From a bacterium (GTDB lineage: Bacteria; J088; JAWLBW01), in NCBI GenBank assembly GCA_041690355.1, contig JAWLHK010000012.1, positions 62,001-120,151 on the forward strand: a DNA stretch of 58,151 nt. Reading direction: 5' to 3'. Below are positions 56,332 to 58,151 of this stretch, in pieces. The first letter of the stretch is position 1. Each line of letters opens with the position of its first letter. The notes beneath the pieces were generated by a model that ran no database searches, was not told where the DNA came from, and was given only the letters and a program-made list of their open reading frames with translations. A program made the translations under genes and the position numbers.

Positions 56332-56732
56332 ACGCCCGCCGGGATGACCCTCGTCAGCGCGGGCGCGAGAGAACCCTGCCGCGCATTTCCCGCAGCGCGC
56401 CGTACATCACGCTCGGCCAAGCGCCGAGCTTCATGTGCTCCGTTGAAGAACCGGCAACCTGCGGTAGAACCGGCTTCGCCCCCACGAAGATACCACGTGC
56501 CCGACCGGCATACACTGCGGCCTGTGTCCGCCCGGCGCCCCTCTGCGGTAGGATTCAGGACATGAACAAGGTCGCTCTTTGTATCCTGTCGGCTGCCGTC
56601 CTGCTGGTTTTGCTTGTTCCGCGTGCGGGGGCCGGCGCCGCCGTGGTCGTATGGACTCAGGACGGTCGAGCTTTTCGACCTGGTTTCCTGGTTTTCCAGC
56701 CTCCCCCTATTTCGCCCTCGCGCTATAGATTT

Positions 56733-58151
56733 TCAACCTGCCTGAGTTGTCGGTGTCAGCCAGAAACACGAGAACCAATCAACGGCCATGCAGTAGTAGA
56801 GGGTCACTCCGAGAGATTGCGTAATATCCTCCACCGACGTCACGGCCCGATTCTTCACCTCGACCGTGTAAAGGTGGTCGGGCGGCGTGGCACCGTAAGC
56901 GACAAACGAGAGGCGGAGCGTATCGTCGGCCAGGTATCGGTGGACGACCGAATCACCCCACACGAACTCGTCTGGTCCCTGTACCCCCGTATCCACGGGA
57001 ATCGGCTCCGGCGTTCTTGGCGCATACAGGTATAGGAAATGCTCCAGGGATTCCCCTGCCTCGACCAAACCGTAGAGAAGCTCGTTACGCTCCGTGACCG
57101 TCGGCAAAAAGTTGGAACCAAGGCTCACGCCTTGGTACTCGCTGATTCGCTTGACCGTCGCCGTAGAAATATCGAGAGCAAAGAGTCCGTTTGGCGACGT
57201 GCTATCTGTGATCGGATACCGGTATACCAGTGTTCTCCTGTCTGGTGTAAGGCGATAGTCCCGCAGGACAGAGCCGAGAGACTGCATGCTTCCGGTCACG
57301 AGGGTCACCGGATCGGGATTGCCGAGCGCAGAACTATAAATACCCTCATGATTCATACCCAGGTAGCGTGAGAAAACGGCTCCGATGGTTCCCGAACCGT
57401 CAATCTCCGCGAAGTCATAGACCTTATCGACATTCCGATTGGAGACACTTTCGCCGGCTTGAACGGTTCCTGCAAACCCGGTCACGGCGTCGGCATAGTA
57501 TAGTCCCGGATAACTGGCGTCATGAGTGGCCCGATACATAACGCCGTTGTTGACTGGGCTGACCTTAAAGTCGTACACCGTACCTGTCGTTACGGGCTTG
57601 CTGATGAGCATCGGCGCGTAGGCCACAATGGGCGCCGAGTATAACTGGGCTCGATCCGCGATATACCCTTCCTGCCAATACACGACCCGCGAAGCGTCGG
57701 CGGTAAGTTGAGGACATACATCGTCAGAAACTTCGCGACAAACCTGTTCGGTGCCGGCGCTGAAATCGGTGAGCTGAATGGGCGTTCCGCCCGTGATGGC
57801 GACCGCGTACAGTGGCGCGTTGATGTAATTCCCCGCCTGATAGATGACGCGCTGGTCATCGGGCGTGATAAGGAAGTTGTCACGCACCTGATGGTTGGCG
57901 GGCATCGTTTCCGAGAGCCTCACGCTCGACTGCGTCGACACGTCGAAGGCATAGAGGTATTCGGTACCAGGTCCGTTATAGTCGACGACACAAACGACAC
58001 GCGAAGCAAGCGGCGATACCTTGCACAGGCGTACGTTGTCCGCGCCATCGGCGTCGATAAAAACCGGATTAAAGGCGTCAACGGTCGACAAATAGAATTT
58101 CGCCACACCGGTCTCGCCCCAAGTGTAATACACGTGCTGATCGTCAACGTA
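56733..58151 (-). CDS. Large beta-propeller-like (TolB/PD40-like) protein, 5'-partial, lower GC
   Basis: Frame is open to the window end. Repeated (I/L)TPD/SP-x3-V(I/V)Y...LY units; codon usage differs from the backbone. Confidence 0.75.
   Translation of the reverse strand, partial: YVDDQHVYYTWGETGVAKFYLSTVDAFNPVFIDADGADNVRLCKVSPLASRVVCVVDYNGPGTEYLYAFDVSTQSSVRLSETMPANHQVRDNFLITPDDQRVIYQAGNYINAPLYAVAITGGTPIQLTDFSAGTEQVCREVSDDVCPQLTADASRVVYWQEGYIADRAQLYSAPIVAYAPMLISKPVTTGTVYDFKVSPVNNGVMYRATHDASYPGLYYADAVTGFAGTVQAGESVSNRNVDKVYDFAEIDGSGTIGAVFSRYLGMNHEGIYSSALGNPDPVTLVTGSMQSLGSVLRDYRLTPDRRTLVYRYPITDSTSPNGLFALDISTATVKRISEYQGVSLGSNFLPTVTERNELLYGLVEAGESLEHFLYLYAPRTPEPIPVDTGVQGPDEFVWGDSVVHRYLADDTLRLSFVAYGATPPDHLYTVEVKNRAVTSVEDITQSLGVTLYYCMAVDWFSCFWLTPTTQAG

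Overview
A GC-rich chromosomal segment from a Deltaproteobacteria-like bacterium, probably Myxococcota or a relative, as judged from the Myxococcus-type mglBA. The housekeeping backbone is uvrD/pcrA, gluQ, murJ, rpmE-prfA-prmC-murA-hisG-hisD-hisB-hisH-hisA-hisF-bioF, dcd, mglBA and tRNA-Gln(CTG). Between these sit small accessory units: an acyl-CoA synthetase, SRPBCC, tam, a B12-binding regulator, an enoyl-CoA hydratase, crcB, a TetR+ABC exporter, a YeeE/YedE pair, c-di-GMP proteins, and GH5, GH36, PHP and DUF4185 enzymes, several of them lipoproteins. A nucleotidyltransferase toxin-antitoxin-like pair lies next to the tRNA, and a CLC-F/DUF190 fusion lies under a fluoride riboswitch. The most striking unexplained signal is non-coding. 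At least 13 intergenic sites carry short tandem 7-mer arrays of several unrelated sequence classes, plus two 8-mer arrays. Twelve arrays have the same 8-nt motif (RMAAGDRC) 2-7 nt from one end. The arrays form bipartite, often chimeric elements, supply stop codons to neighbouring genes and delimit 1-4 gene accessory units. This may reflect an undescribed repeat-based cassette insertion or shuffling system; no recombinase is visible in the window. Other notable items are a LexA lacking its catalytic dyad, an unannotated 51-aa Cys-rich lipoprotein, att-like copies of the tRNA 3' end, and many apparently leaderless genes. All family assignments come from motif recognition by eye, not from database searches.
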